64,000 nt of DNA, taken from assembly GCA_951406725.2 (NCBI GenBank), contig OX597817.1, positions 109,368,001-109,432,000 on the forward strand, in the 5' to 3' direction. Below are positions 30,556 to 45,480 of the stretch, piece by piece; position 1 is the stretch's first letter, and the number at the start of each line of letters is the position of its first letter. This DNA is from Octopus vulgaris (lineage: Eukaryota). Both the position numbers and the translations under genes were made by a program. Below the pieces are notes generated by a model. That model had not been told where the DNA came from. It did no database searches and worked only from the letters and a program-made list of their open reading frames with translations.

Positions 30556-31824
30556 CGTGTGTGTGTGTGATGGTGTACGTCATTATATATTTTTGATAGG
30601 TTGAAGGCGTTGGACACTGGTCATGTTGAAGGCCCTCTCTCCAGGTGATCATATTGGCTGCTGTGACTATATTTGGAACGGAAAGATTACACAATCATTC
30701 ATACACACACACATATACTAACAATTATTCATACATGCCCACACACACAGATACATCTATAGTTATGTTCATTCATAGATAACATGTTCATGTTCACTCA
30801 GACGATTTGCTGCAGAAAGTCGAGATATGAAAGACCCCTTGTAGATAATTTGTTTCTAAACGCACAAGCAGAACACGAAAATATCACCGGACTGTAAGAT
30901 GCATGTGTTTCTGCATCGTTAGGTTTCATCAGCTAGGAATGCGAAAGTGTCGTTCATGGACGATAAGAGCTGTTACTCTTCTAACAGCAAATATTAAATT
31001 TGCTAGTGAGTGAAAAGTTATTCAAACTGTTCTAAGCAGTTTTGAATGAAATATAGTTATGTAATATCATATTTAACATACTAGTTTTAATTCGGAGAGG
31101 GAAAGATAAATCGCTGGTTATTTCTAAAATGTTTAGTTTTCACATTTTAAGCTCATCACGCACAATTTTGTTACTCATTCTTCAAGAATATATTTATATA
31201 AACCGTATTATATTTTAGTTAATGCTATCAGCAGCACACATTTCTTTGTGATCAACTAAAGCAATTTTTGTTATTTCCTATGATAATAATCTTGAATACT
31301 ATATGCCTAAAGTTTTAGCTCCTGTGTCCTGTGAGAAATCAAATGCACTCTTGATAAGGAAAAATATTTGTATCTGTCTCATTGATTACTTTCTCACCAG
31401 TCATACGCAGCTGTCTTTGTTATGATCTAACATGCATAATGCGGAATAAGTAACAAAAAAATATATCTACCAGTTTCACTGACCTAATCTCCTTATCTGA
31501 AATTGCACACTTCGATATATTTTTAAGTAAAAACATATCATATTTGTTCAATTATTGAGAAATGAAATACAACAACAATGAAAAATCAATATTACCAACA
31601 ACCATAACAATATACTTCCGTTATACTTTTTGTTAGGCATAAAGAAATTTGAATCTCTAAAGTCTAATCACAAACGGTTTTTTTTTATATTTACTTCTTT
31701 TGCTTGATATAATTTTTGTTTAAACGAAAAAATAAATTCTTAAATTGGATATCAAATGTTGTGATTTGTTGTTTTGTGGAACACAGGAAAATATTGCCAA
31801 GACGTTTATAATCGATCTATACAG

Positions 31825-31825
<1 letters not shown>

Positions 31826-31915
<90 letters not shown>

Positions 31916-31988
31916 CAACAACAACAACAACAACAACAATAATAATAATAATAATAATAATAATAATTATAATAATAATAATAATAAT
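31826..31988. repeat. (TAA)n/(CAA)n microsatellite
   Basis: Direct repeats. Confidence 0.95.
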
Positions 31989-32816
31989 GACTACTCTGCC
32001 ACTACACTGCCAAATAACAAAAACATTCTACTTTTTCTAAGTATAACTTCTAATACTCGATCAAAATTATTGATCTTCTGCCGCATTGCACAGATAATTT
32101 AGTTTTCGTTTAAATTGAACCTTAGTGAACACTTTTGATGTTTTTGATCAAACTTCTTGCGAGTTTATGGTAGAAGGGGAAAAATGCGGACACGCATATA
32201 GACACATACACGTGCATATATACATGTGTGTGTGTTTATGTGCGTTACTGCATCTGCGTACCTATGTGTGCAGTTCAACATTTTTTTTTTGCTATATAAA
32301 AATATATGTATACTCTAATCTTATTCATCAATATTTCAAACTACTTACACCTCCCCACCACTATGTTTGACCCTATATATATATCAGTTTTTTTTTTTAT
32401 ATCAGATAAATTAGATGCATGATCCAAAAGTAAGCATAGAGTACCATCTGGGAATGCATTAGGTAAAGAAACCAGTATTGTGGAATTGAGAGGAAAGCCT
32501 TTACTTATTTTGGATAGATCCATCACTTTAAACGTTGGGCTAACAAAATGTACAAATACCTAATACTAAATAGACTCTTTAATGTTTGATGGATCTAAAT
32601 ATCTTTTAAATATATTCTACTATATTAAACAGAATATTAAGCTATAAATCCCAGGGTAAAATATTTCTAGGGTAAAACAAAAGATGGTTATGCGAAAACC
32701 TCCATTTAATATACAGGATCTAAAAGCAATCCAATTATTATAATTCTGTTAATCATTTTTCGAATCCTATACAAGCAAAACTTATATACATACATATATA
32801 TCTATATCTATATATC

Positions 32817-33120
32817 ACGTGATCACGTGACCGACAAGACTATCAGATGTTGCTACATATCGCTGGTCACAATGCGCTTCGCATTGTTTTAGCCTTCAAA
32901 TGACGCCACCCCGCTGGCTAAGCGAGCAGGCCAACAGAAGAAAGAGTGAGAGAAAGTCGTGGCGAAAGAGTACAGCAGGGATTGCCACCATCCCCTGCCG
33001 GAGCCTCGTGGAGCTATAGGTGTTTTCGCTCAATAAACACTCACAACGCCTGGTCTGGGAATTGAAACCGCGATCCTACGACCGCGAGTCCGCTGCTCTA
33101 ACCACTGGGCCATTGCCTCC
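32817..33120 (-). mobile_element. tRNA-derived SINE, family D
   Basis: Minus-strand head GGAGGCAATGGCCCAGTGGTTAGAGCAGCGGACTCGCGGTCGTAGGATCGCGGTTTCAATTCCC with A/B boxes; inserted in TA/TC repeats. Confidence 0.8.
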
Positions 33121-33144
33121 ATATCTCTCTCTCTCTCTCTCTCT

Positions 33145-33200
<56 letters not shown>

Positions 33201-33427
33201 TATTAGAGACAAAACCACTATTTTGCAAAACAAACAAGGAAAGCTTAATCAATACCATCGACAATCTTCATGTGACTCAATAAGTCAGTTTCTGAAACTC
33301 TTATTGAAGTCTCGATCTCTCTCTTTCTCAAAATAGTGGTTTTTCTCTAATAATATTTTATAATATTTTACTATAAAATTGGATTTAATCCTAAATCTGA
33401 TAAATTTTGGATTTATTATAATATTTA

Positions 33428-33486
<59 letters not shown>

Positions 33487-34329
33487 TTATACACACTGTC
33501 ACACAGCGGGAAATAATATACAAATTAAGTTCTAACGATAGACATTTGTTATGTATGTGACACACCGAATGTAATGTCTCATTGTTTATATGTACATGGG
33601 TTAACTATCTGTGGAATGGTGTTTCGGAAAATCAACCTGCGAAGATCAATATATCTGATTGTTATTAACTATTCGTACTCTGTCATGATCACTTTTATAC
33701 CACCGCCTGCAAAAACAATCGATTCTCTAGATGGTGCAGTGTACTTAGTTGTCTTGACACGGGATTTACGAGTGAAGCAACAAGTGAGGCTGATGGTTAT
33801 TTTTAAGTTTTGGTTCCAGTGTTATCTGCTCTGAACTAGACTTTCTCATGGCTTGAACCAGTACTTCTTTTCAACATATAGAATGTCTATCTGAAAATGG
33901 CGACTCATGAACATTTTAATGTAAAACAAAAACTTATAGATGTGAGCGGGAGCTTATCCAACATTAATTTCAAACACTCAGATACACATCTAATTTCAAA
34001 TTTTTGAACCAAACCACTTAACATTCAAACTATTTGTTACCACCTCACGTGAAAGATGTTCTCTTATTTAGACAGCCATATATATTTGTAACCGGTGAGT
34101 GTGGAAATATATAGACGCATATGGGCCAGCTAATCACGCAGTTGAATGCCAAAATTTAATAGCACTCAATTTCTCCCTGCCAGCAGCATAATTTAGTAGA
34201 AAATGACACAATGCCACTAAAAGATTACGAGTGACTTAATTCTATCAGGAAGAGTAAAAAGTAAGAAACGTTTTGAAACATGAAACTCATCACAATATAT
34301 TACAACAATGCAGAAATGTTATTCATCTA

Positions 34330-34575
34330 AGTAAGTATCATTACAACCAACACATTTTTTGCCAACGAGTTACAAGTTTGTTTATTCCGGTAACATAAAA
34401 TTCTGGAGTTCTGAAGCTGATGAACTCTTTCAACGCACTTTCATCATCGATTTGATTTTTTGAACTGCATCTCTCGCAGGAAGCCATCAAGGTGCTTGGA
34501 AAAGTGGTAGGCGATAGGAGAAAGGTCTGGGGAACGAACTGGGTGGGGAAGAACTTCGTAGCCAAGTTCCCTCAA
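34330..34575 (-). mobile_element. mariner-family transposase C-terminal fragment
   Basis: ELGYEVLPHPVRSPDLSPIAYHF..LDGFL, then FYVTGINKLVTRWQK (YSPDLAP-type motif). Confidence 0.85.
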
Positions 34576-35240
34576 ATTCTGGAGCGTCTTCCCTCCACCA
34601 CTACTCTTAGTTTTACTTTCTCCGGTAGAATCACCTCCTTCCTTATTTTGTGCAAGTCTTGCAAAGTTACCTGGATCCCCAGCTCGAGGCCGTAAGCCCA
34701 GCAGTTTACCTCTTTCTTTCTCGTTACTTTTAAAAATTTCGCCTCCTCTTCCATGTTGTACATAATGGCTGCCACCAGCCACGCCTCCTCAATCTCAGGG
34801 AATACTATGCCTATTCTTACCCTGGCCACTCGTCTGCCACACTAAGTAGGCAGAAGTACCCACTCTGGAGTCCTTAGCGCCACAGTGGAGTGATTTATCG
34901 CTTCTTGCTCGCTAGCGAACCTAACCTCCACTGTGCCGTATTTTTTCTTCTGGTATAGAATGTTGTGAGGTTTTTTTACCTCCTTCAAACACTCTTCTAT
35001 GACTTCCACATTAGCTATTTCAATTCTTTTCTTTGCCGTGGACAGCGTTCAATATACTACTGTCCTCTTAGTTACGCTCGCTGTCAATTCTTGTGGCGGG
35101 GTCAAACTTAAACTGGTTCCCTCCTTTTCAATCAGTCTGTTAAATTCCCTTAGCTTCTTTTTCTCCATCTTCACCTCTCGAACCTATAGTATATCTGCAA
35201 TATACAATATTCCTGTTCCTCTTCACTCTCTCTTTTTACG
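34576..35240 (-). mobile_element. L1/Tx1-like LINE ORF1 fragment
   Basis: Long reading frame with a few stops, ending KVKLRVVVEGRR, a pattern seen before the ORF1 zinc knuckle; truncated at the mariner junction. Confidence 0.5.
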
Positions 35241-35869
35241 TCCTGGTTTTGTTTTTCTTCCATATATTTCATTTCTTTTTCTCCCTCTCTCACCCAATCT
35301 AGTTACTTTCCTTAAAACCATTTCTAGAGTTCCCTTACTACCTGGCTTTCCATATTTGTATATGCCTATATACCCGATTTTGCTATCATACGTCCAGTGG
35401 CTGCAGCATAGCTGCCGGCTGGGACTGGTTTGCTTTCCATCCTTCCTTTTTTTTACTACTTCACCCATAAATGGGGAAGAAAATAATTGTATAAACACGG
35501 CAAAAAAAAAAACAGCAACTACCAATTCAAAAATTCAACAGTGAGGTTAAACAATAGGTTCACCTTTACGGGAGACCTTCAACAATTAATGACGATGGGA
35601 CTTACGTCTAACAGGGATCAAACAATGATTAACTCGTCAGATGATTGTAACAAGGGTAAAAAAAAATCACTGTTAAATTTTTGATGCATTTGGGCAAGTC
35701 TATGTCTGTATTATCAGACAGTTTCAAAACAATGTTTAGAAAATATTCAAAACTCTCCAAAAATCCGGTACAATTTCTTCATGGTTCAAAACGTTGCTTA
35801 CATTTTACTCAACCTGATATATCCGAAAAGTATATTATATGAGTAGAAATAGAGTCCATAGGCACTCCT

Positions 35870-36230
35870 CTATTTGGTCCTATCTGAAACAATTGCCATG
35901 AAACTTTTCTGTTAGATTCCCAAACGATATTTTCCAGCCATCTCGTTTTTTGTCTATTTCTAGATCTACTACTGAATGGCTTGACCTGAAGAATCTGCCT
36001 TGCAATTCTTTCCCCCGATATTTTAGTTATCTGTCCGTTATACCAGAGGTGCTCCTCTTAATGCAGAGAGGTAGAGGCTCCAGATGGTAAGACTATGTGA
36101 TCTCCGATACTCACACCCTGTCCAGTAACGTTATCCCAAAGACCCTCTGGAATAACTCCATTTCGGTCGCTTATATTTATAATCGTACTCTTTCTGTCAT
36201 TACCCAACATTCATGGTCATATCTGTTGCT
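35870..36230 (-). mobile_element. RTE-clade LINE C-terminal remnant
   Basis: WVMTERVRL..ATEMELFQRVFGITLLDRV..SEI..LEPL. Confidence 0.65.
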
Positions 36231-36564
36231 GTACAATTATATTTAATACGCTTCGGAGAAAAAAAAACATATATTGCTTAAGAGACTTTCTCTCCAGAGG
36301 CAGTTACCGCAGAGAAGGTCTATTCACGTTAGACTGCTCACAAAAGTGTTTGATATAATTACACTGAAATATATTTTAAGAGAGAACATGTCACATCTGC
36401 GATATGCAAGACAGATGATGTCTCTTAAAATAAGTTATTGTGGAATCAGTTGCATATATTAATTGGTTTCAGCGATATATCAATCTTAGCTTAGTTCATA
36501 TTACATTCATTTGAATTGTACTTTAAACATATACATAATCATATATATGTGAATATATATATAT

Positions 36565-36632
<68 letters not shown>

Positions 36633-37617
36633 CTTCTTATGTACATTATGTCCTGCCTCTTCATAATATACTGACATAATCACATTTTTATGTATTTTTC
36701 GTCATTAGTCTTCGTATCATTTGTTAGTGTGATATTTTCATCACTTTCTCGAATTGAATTGCATCATTTCCTCAAATTAATTAAGCTCAAATTAATTAAG
36801 CTCTCTCCCTTTGAACCATCGATACTGCGATAACCTGCGAATAATACTACTTCTGGTTTATTTTAAATTTATTTCACGTGCTTTATGGCTTTTCCTTCCT
36901 TGTCTTCGCTGTTGAATTTCTTCTCATTCAGTCATAAATACTTGCGTATTTTACGTACATTAACAATATTCTGCTTTCTTGAACTGCGACCTACTCTCAC
37001 TCTTTCCCTCTCTCCGCTTCTCTGTTTATTTTCTATCCACTCCACTCAATTCATTTTGCCTCTGTGCTTCTTTTTCTCTTTCTTTTACACGCTATTTACC
37101 CCCACTCTCCTAATCTACTTTGCTCTCTCCTTCTCACCATCTTGTTAATTCTCCTCTTTTTCATATCTCTCCCCAGAATGCATTTCTTTTCGTGTGTGTA
37201 TGTGTGTTTATGAGGTGGAGAGGTCTCCATAAAGTAGAAATTTTTCTGTTGTATCAAGAAACAATATATGAATATTCAGTATATACTTAACTGTGAAAAG
37301 TAGTGAGTTTCAAAAAATATTTTTTCTGCAATTGCGAACATGGCATGCGCACAAACAGTATGGGCGTTTTAATGTGTGAGTGGTGGAGTGTCGATTCAAC
37401 TCCAACCCTTTGAAGTAATTGCCAATCAGAAACCTTGTTGTGACTACAGTATAGCGTACTGATTTGAACTCTATTTTTATTGTTTTCCGAATCTAACTCA
37501 TGAAGATTGTTCGCAAGTCGGCACATGTAAACAGGTGCTCATTTTAGTGATCAAGCGTATTGCACATATATATTTTATCTCCCACGTTTGAAGTTATTTC
37601 AAGGCTCCTACGAATAA

Positions 37618-37648
<31 letters not shown>

Positions 37649-37784
37649 TTTTATAATCAACAAACAAAAGTCTATTAAAAAGACATGATATAGTATACGT
37701 TCGCTTATTAAGCCAGCTAAAGCACTCTAAGTTTTCCTTGTCAAATATAGCTATAGGTAAAACATGAATTATGATACCAGTAAA

Positions 37785-38699
37785 ACTCAAATAAGGAATA
37801 TAAAACCACAGTTGTCAAGACATCATAAACGAACGCTATCTTTTGAATTTCTACCATTTTGGGGTTTCCTGGTATCTGAGCTAGGTAGGAATCAGCCCCT
37901 TTTGATATCATTCCTAGGGCCTCTATGACAACAGGTATTGTTTTAGTCGTGAGGTTCCACATTTTAACAATTTTCATTTCAAGATCTTTATACTTGCTAA
38001 GTTTTTGTAGGTCTTGACAGATAGATTTATGTCGATTGGGACAGTTATATCAATGAAGAGGCATGATTCTTGTCTGAAGTCTGGCCTATTTGCATCTATC
38101 TTTCTGTCAGTTTGAATGGGGAAGTTCCAGAGGAGTGAGATGTGATCATTTTCAAGCACTGGAGGCGGTTTGTGTTCCCACCAGTTTTTATCATGGGGTA
38201 GGTTCGGGTTTTTGCAAATTACCCAGTGAATACACTGTGCTGCTTTATCATGCCTGTTGAGATATTCTGTAGGCGCAAGAAGACTTCACATAGAGACATG
38301 ATCAATGGATTCATTTTGTTGTTTACATACACGACATGTTGGGCTATTGCCGTTCTTTAATATGTTGGCCTGGTAGTTCCTTGTAAGTAGGCATTGATCT
38401 TGGGCTGCTATGATAAACACTTCATTTTCTGATTTTAAGCCAGCAGACACTAACCATTGATGGGTAAGGGCTTTGTCAGCATCGGCTCTCTTTGGGTATT
38501 TACCATTGTCATTAATCAGGAAGAATATCTAAGGCAGCTGTTTTAGCACGGGTTTTCATAGCTTTTCCTGTGTTTGTTTCCATTCTGGAATTTGTTGCAT
38601 TCGGAATTCACTTAGATATTCTTTTGCTTGTTTTGTTACTGAGTATGATGCTTCCTTGTTTTCATCCTTTGAGACAACTTTTAACTTCCAGTCATCAGC

Positions 38700-38700
<1 letters not shown>
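37785..38700 (-). mobile_element. R4/Dong-like RLE LINE fragment
   Basis: AAQDQCL, CRVCKQQNESIDHV, LLWNFPIQTDRKIDANRPD, FIDITVP, IPVVIEALG; 5' end abuts (TAA)n. Confidence 0.85.
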
Positions 38701-38781
<81 letters not shown>

Positions 38782-38782
<1 letters not shown>

Positions 38783-39172
38783 AGTATTACCTTTGCACAG
38801 TTTCTAACGCTGGACATCTATTACAGTGTAAACAGTTCACTACCAGTGAACGAAGGTAACACCTCTTATTTTTCGAGCACCATCCGGAGTATTCGAGCGG
38901 TTCCAAGCAGTGCTGTTTTCTGCAAATTTTCCACCCTTATTGCATCCCCTATTTGTTCCACGTACTTCTCGAGATTTTTGCTCACTGTTCCCAGGGCTCC
39001 GACAATTATTGGTACTACTGCTACCTTTTTCATCGACCATAACTGCTTAACTTCCCAAGCTAACCTGTCATATCTCTCGACTTTTCTTTCTTCCTTATCG
39101 CATACCTTGTTGTCAGCTGGGCATGCTATATCTATGATCCAGCATAGTTTGTTTTATTTCTCAATTAAGATT
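38782..39172 (-). mobile_element. R4/Dong-like RLE LINE, extreme 3' fragment of a distinct subfamily
   Basis: CWIIDIACPADNKV..KVERYDRLAWEVKQLW..VVPIIVGALG..LQKTALLGTARILR; 3' end runs into (TAA)n at 38701-38781. Confidence 0.85.
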
Positions 39173-39229
39173 GTGAACCCTGCTGTACTCGTTCACCACA
39201 ACTTTCTCTCACACTTTCTTCCTGTTTCT

Positions 39230-39660
39230 GTTGTACCTGTATTTCAAAAGGTCAGCCTTGTCACACTCTGTGTCACGCTGAATCTCCCCGAGAACTACGT
39301 TAAGGGTACATGTGTCTGTGAAATGCTCGGCTACTTGCACGTTAATAAATGAGCTGTGGCGTCACTGGTGCCAAGCTGTATCGGCCTTTGCCTTTCCCTT
39401 GGATAACATCGGTGGCAAGGAGAGGGGAGGCTGGTATGAATGGACGACTGCTGGTTTTCCATAAACAACCTTGCCCAGGCTTTCGGAGGGTAACTTTCTA
39501 GGTGCATCGACATCAAGCTTCACCTGGCACTTATTTCATCAACCCCGAAAGGATGAAACGTGGAATTGACATTGACGGTATTTCAACTCAGAACCTAAAG
39601 ACCGATGAAATACCACTAATGTTTTGTACGGCGCGCTAACACTTCTCCAAGCTCGCCGCA
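39230..39660. mobile_element. Cluster of SINE fragments (family C 3' part on +, family A on -)
   Basis: 39345-39505 is reverse-similar to 52830-53000; 39525-39660 is similar to family A. Confidence 0.65.
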
Positions 39661-39949
39661 TTAATATATCTCAAATAATTAATAACTTAGCGACACCAAA
39701 TCCAAATAACATCAGTATAGTACTCTATAACACTCAGAAATATAGGAGAGGGTGTGCAAATATGAATGAGTGTCTGTGTTCGTTTAGTATGTATGTGTGT
39801 TAGTATTTGTGTATGTGTATGTGTGTATGTACATGTGCGCACACATGGTTTCATAGTTTCGTAAATAAAAGTAAGTTAACTTCATTTCAGACCCCATGGT
39901 GTCTTCATAAACAAATATTCACCTATATATGTCACACACATACACACAC

Positions 39950-40264
39950 GTGCGCTGTAGTAGGTTATACAAAGGCGAAGCATGCCGCTCCCTCAAAATA
40001 AGGGCAGACGAACATCGCAAAGCTATGACACGAGGAGATATTGATAAATCGGATATAGCTGATCATGTATCGAAAAATGGAGACCACCTTCCCCTGTTAG
40101 ATGAAATTAAAATATTAGACAAAGAACACCACTGGAAAATACGAAAACTAAAAGAGGCAGCACATATGCTAGAACACAACAGCCCCCTAAGCAGACCGAG
40201 TGCAGATATAAACTGCATATGGGAACCAGTATTAAGGAAGGATAGGAAAATATTAGATTTATAA
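39950..40264 (+). mobile_element. Penelope-like GIY-YIG endonuclease C-terminal fragment
   Basis: LYKGEACRSLKIRADEH..KSDIADH..IKILDKEHHWKIRKLKEA (YIGETGR..R..EH pattern). Confidence 0.8.
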
Positions 40265-42163
40265 GCCCTAAAATTCACTCTATAATTGCCTACGGGCATA
40301 TGGCATAGTGGTTAAGAGCGCGAGCTACTAACCCCAATATCGAAAAAACCCAGGTTCGAAATTTCCCCTAAATATACATACAAATCCATATATATATAGG
40401 CTGTAGAAACCTATATAGGCTGTAGAAGCCTATATATACTATGTATATAGGCTGTAGAAACATATATATATATATATACACATACATATGTATACGCACA
40501 TGCTCATGTGCGTGTATGCGAATTTAAACTGTGAGAAACCATCCGATATCTTTTATCTGAAGTATATTTTCAACACTTAGTAATAACATATACAAAGTAT
40601 CTATTTATGAGACCAAGGAACAGGAAAAAGTTCCAGCATTCACATATAAATATTCATAACTATACATACATAATTAAATAAATACATGCTTACGAATATA
40701 CAAACAAATGCATGCACATATACATGCAAACAAATGCATACATATCAACCCACCCATTCCTATATATTTAGTCATGCATATCTATCCTACATTCCTATTA
40801 CACATACATACATATAAACACATATATCTCACCTTGAAGGTCATTTCCTTGCGATTCAGGAACAAACACACCCCCCCCACTTTCACACACACTCACACAG
40901 AGAAAAAATAGTAAAGCCTACACACATCCGAAATCTAATTACCAACTCTGAAAGAAGGTTTTTTCGATACAACTTTCCTATAATGGGGGTAACCATAGCA
41001 ATCTGGACTACTGTAAAAAAAGAAAACGAAATACCATACAGGAAAGCACATATTTGATTTAATGGGTGTAATGCTGGTGGAAGCTAGGAATTAACATAGC
41101 AAGTGAATTAGAACAGTCCTGATCCGATAGTGAGGTTTAAGATAGTAAAATAAAATCACTATCTGTTTAACTGTGGAGAAATCAGCAATTCATTTGTAAA
41201 AAAAATTGGTACGAAAAAGAAAGAAAACGCATATGGAGCATTGATGAGGGCTCTATATATCCAATACGTCAAATATAATTTTAGCTCTATGTCTATGTGT
41301 TTAAGAAGCTAGCTTTGCAATGACGTGGTTTCGGGTTAGTCCCATTATGTTGGACATGTGCCGTCTGCTAAAACCCCGGAATGATCAGTTCCTTCGTGAA
41401 GGAATTTTGTGAACAAAAACTGCGGAATCTAGTCGTGTGTGTGTGTGTGTGTGTATGTCTGTTGCATCAATTAGTAAATGAGCTACAGCGCGGTTATGTG
41501 AACTGCTAAAAATGGCATCCAAATCCCTTTCCAACCACACTCTACGAACTTAATACAGGTAATAATATACAGGAAAATATTGTCTTGTATAGAGAATGTT
41601 ATGGTCACCGATACAATACATTTAATCATAGGCCTCCTTACAAGATAGATAGAACAACAAAAGAAACAGGTTGATGTGTTTAAAAGACCGCCGTTGATGG
41701 TTCTAACCTGAATTCCACACTACAACATTCATACATACATACATACATACATACATACATACATACATACATACATGGAATGGTACATTAGCAGTTGCGA
41801 TCCCTTGCATAGTAAAATAATGGATGTTCATGACAGGCAAACTTTAATCCTGCTAAGCCATGACTGGCCAGGTTTTTAACAACTCGAAAAACAACAGTTA
41901 TATACAATTCCAATCAATGAGGATTTCTTTACGTCAGTGATGCTCGACCAAATCTTTGTCTGTTAACTCCTTGCATGTTATGCAACAAATGCAGTCAACA
42001 ATCGCTTTATATAAAAGTGGTTAAGTACCAGGCTTTAAAGGAGTGGTGCTGTCATTTATTCGGGTACACTTTCCAAGGCAGTATTTCATGCTACTTCATC
42101 TTAGCATGGTTGCAATCAAATGCGTGAAATTATTATTACATGTGTGTCTATACAAGTGTATAT

Positions 42164-42426
<263 letters not shown>

Positions 42427-44241
42427 TGCCACAGCCGTGTCATTTATATATCTTCAGCAAATACAGTAGTACGAAAGATCCACTCAAAATATAATACTGC
42501 TCTTTTGTAATAAAAAACGAACAAGAAAAAACAGAACCACTGCTTTTGAGAATTTCTGAAGTAACTGACATCTAAACACAGACACTTACATGGTGACAGT
42601 ATAGAGTCATGCTATGCTCTTTCAGATCACCCTTAGATGAAAAGCAGTCTTTTTTTTTCTTTCTTTTTTTTTTTTAAAGAAATTATAGTTTACATGCAAC
42701 AGACGGTCGCCGAAACGTTTCAGAACATTAAGTTTTTTTTTTTTTCTGTTCACACTGGGGATTTTCTCTTACAATTTTATCGTGAGGTACAGAAATGTTT
42801 CGTGAACTTTTTTTTATTCTATGGAATAAGAAAGCTCAGTGTTGCACTTAGTTTGTGGTGTACAATAAAATATAACATAAATAATAACCGATTATGAATA
42901 TTCATAAACATCTTTTTTCTTTTTTTTTTACTTTTACAGATCTATCATTGCTGCTTTTGCTTTGCTTCAAACGTAGCACAGTAAAAGGTTTCTTCTATTT
43001 TTCTTCCTATGCTAAAACGTCTCTTTCACATTTGTATCATGAATATGCTGCGCGTTTATTGATTTTTTTTTATTACCTTAACTCTTATACTACCATTGCA
43101 TTTCAGAGTTTTTATTATTTTTGTTTTTATTTCTTTTATTTTATTTTCTCATACAGTAAATTTTAAACGAAATGTTGAATGATTTTTCTTATCGCTTGAC
43201 ATTAAGAGATTCATACTAAAATATTTTCTGAAAATTTACATACTTTCCTCATTATTGTACGCTTCTGAGGAAATGGCGTCTCACAAGAAATGCTAAACTC
43301 AATGGCTAAATAGCTTAAAAGTTGTTTATTTGAAAATGCAAAACAATTTCCGCTAACAATTTTTTACATATCAGTTTTAAATCCGTCTGTATACAATTTA
43401 TGAACATAATTAATTTCTTCGTAAAACTTTAAATAGAAATAAAAAGAAGTGTATGTTGTATTTTAATCCTCCCTATAATAGTAATAACATTCTTGGACTT
43501 CGTACTTGTTCAGAGAAACTGCTGCACAAAACCTGTTTAAAAGGTTTCGATTACATTAAACTAAACTACACCTAATGTCTGATGAAGCACCATTCCAACA
43601 TGTTCCAATAATTTCATTTCACAAATGTACACCATCATTACAATCCTACAATTAAACAAGTTATCTAATGAAAGAAGCAAGATTAATACAAGTTTCATGT
43701 CTTCAGCTTTTCAAAACTCAATTATTTAACGTAAAGGAGTTCATGTACATTTAAACTGAAAGCGCTGTTTCTCATTTGTATTAATTGTCTTGAGTGTAAA
43801 ATCGATTTATAGGCTAATCAACTTAGTTAATAGATAACGACTGATCAAATTTGCATCAAATGTATCTATCTCTTGTAATTCGGCACCTCAGAGTCCAACA
43901 AAACATAACCTAAATTCTTATCATCACAGAAGTTTCTTTCTCAGATATAATATAATATAACGACAACAATATCACAATGTGTCTTTACTATTTGTGTTGG
44001 AGTAGTAAACCATAACGAATTGGATGTCGTGTTGAACTATTGTAATTGCATTTAATGTAGTCAAAAGAATAAGGAATGTTACCAAGATGTCATTTTTGAT
44101 ATGGTTTTACAGGTAGAATTCAGCACGCTATATATACTAAATAAATATGATTGTAGGCAAAAATATATTTAGCGTTAATTATTTGTGTCTTAAGACATTT
44201 TCATTATGATACATATTCCATCGAAATTTTACAATATTTAG

Positions 44242-44308
<67 letters not shown>

Positions 44309-44338
44309 CATACATACATACATACATACATACATACA

Positions 44339-44471
<133 letters not shown>

Positions 44472-44475
44472 ATAG

Positions 44476-45480
44476 TAAAAAGTGAAAAGACAACAGAAGG
44501 CTTGCTTTAAAAGGTGAAAAAATATATATTTGAGTCAATAGTCTGAAGGATATTATAAATTTTTTTCTTACAATGACATAATTTAGAAGAAATGACCGGT
44601 TTCCCGTTTAGCTTTTCAAATTTCTTACGTCGTAATGTTTATGTTGAGAAGAGTTATCGTTATGTTTATGTTGAAGAGAGTTCTGGATAAGGGGAGGTAA
44701 TAAGTGATTTCTTCCGGTGTAAGGAAGATAATCGCTTAAAATTTTTTGCCTTTCCTTTGCGGTGAATTTCTCTGTATAAGTATGTTGGAATGGGCTTGTA
44801 CTTTTCAATGAAGAATGTTTCCTTGTTTAGTCTAAGTTGTGTTGGTGTTCCGATAGCACATTGGTAAAATGGAAAGATTAAAAATTGTGGTAGTAGTTGC
44901 TTTGCGCATTTCTCAATGTGCCCACTAAAAGGTATCATTCTGTATTCTGGGAATGCAATCTGCTGTCGATGCAGTGTGCATCTACGTCTGAGTGATAGTC
45001 CCGTGGATCCCACGTAGTCTTGGTGGCAGCCCGAGCATTTTATGACATAAATTATGTTTTCAGAGGCACAAGTAAAATTAGATTTGATCTTGAATTTCTG
45101 TCCCTCTTTGAAGAGGAATTCTGATCCTTCTAGCAGGTTTGGACATGTTGCACAGTTCGGTCTACCACATTTTTTTACTTTTGCATCCGTAATTTCAGAA
45201 AGCAATTTTGCCTTTGTGAGAATCTTTTTAAGTGATTTAGGTTATTTGTAGCTTTTAATGATTTGGTGTATGTTTAGAATTTCCTTTAATTTGGGGTCGT
45301 TATGAAGTATTGGTAAATTCTGGGTGATGATGGTGAAGGCTTCTTTGTTTCTGGGGTTGTATGTGGATATGTAAGGTAGTATTTTCTGGGAAGGTGTGTT
45401 GTGTTGAACTTTTCTTAAAGTAGAAACAGACATTTTTTACAAAGCCACAGACGCCAAACAATACCTTCCTTTTAATTCAT
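44476..45480 (-). mobile_element. Penelope-like element 3' part (Cys-rich linker, GIY-YIG, 3' terminal region) with inverted 5' piece
   Basis: CGRPNCATC, NIIYVIKCSGCHQDYVGST..R..LH; upstream LPYISTYNP; 45420-45480 on + encodes ETDIFYKATDAKQYLPFNS. Confidence 0.9.
44587..44626 (-). ncRNA. Minimal type I hammerhead motif in the PLE 3' region, degenerate core
   Basis: AAGAAAU-UUGAAAA-gcuaaacgg-GAAAC cg GUC^AUUUCUU; 7-bp stem I, palindromic ACCGGU. Confidence 0.6.

Noticed and set aside
33050-33120. tRNA-like sequences here and at 53060-53134 and 40295-40340
   Set aside because: They are SINE heads: A/B-box-like motifs continue into repeat bodies or are truncated, with no complete acceptor stem.
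38570-39352. 260-aa ORF
   Set aside because: Antisense to RLE LINE fragments and runs through (ATT)n and SINE sequence.
40392-40462. Three copies of TATATAGGCTGTAGAA, superficially like a repeat-spacer array
   Set aside because: Short minisatellite without unique spacers in a eukaryotic context; not CRISPR.
43685-43710. CUGAAGA-CAU-GAAAC on the minus strand
   Set aside because: No room for stem II and no stem I.
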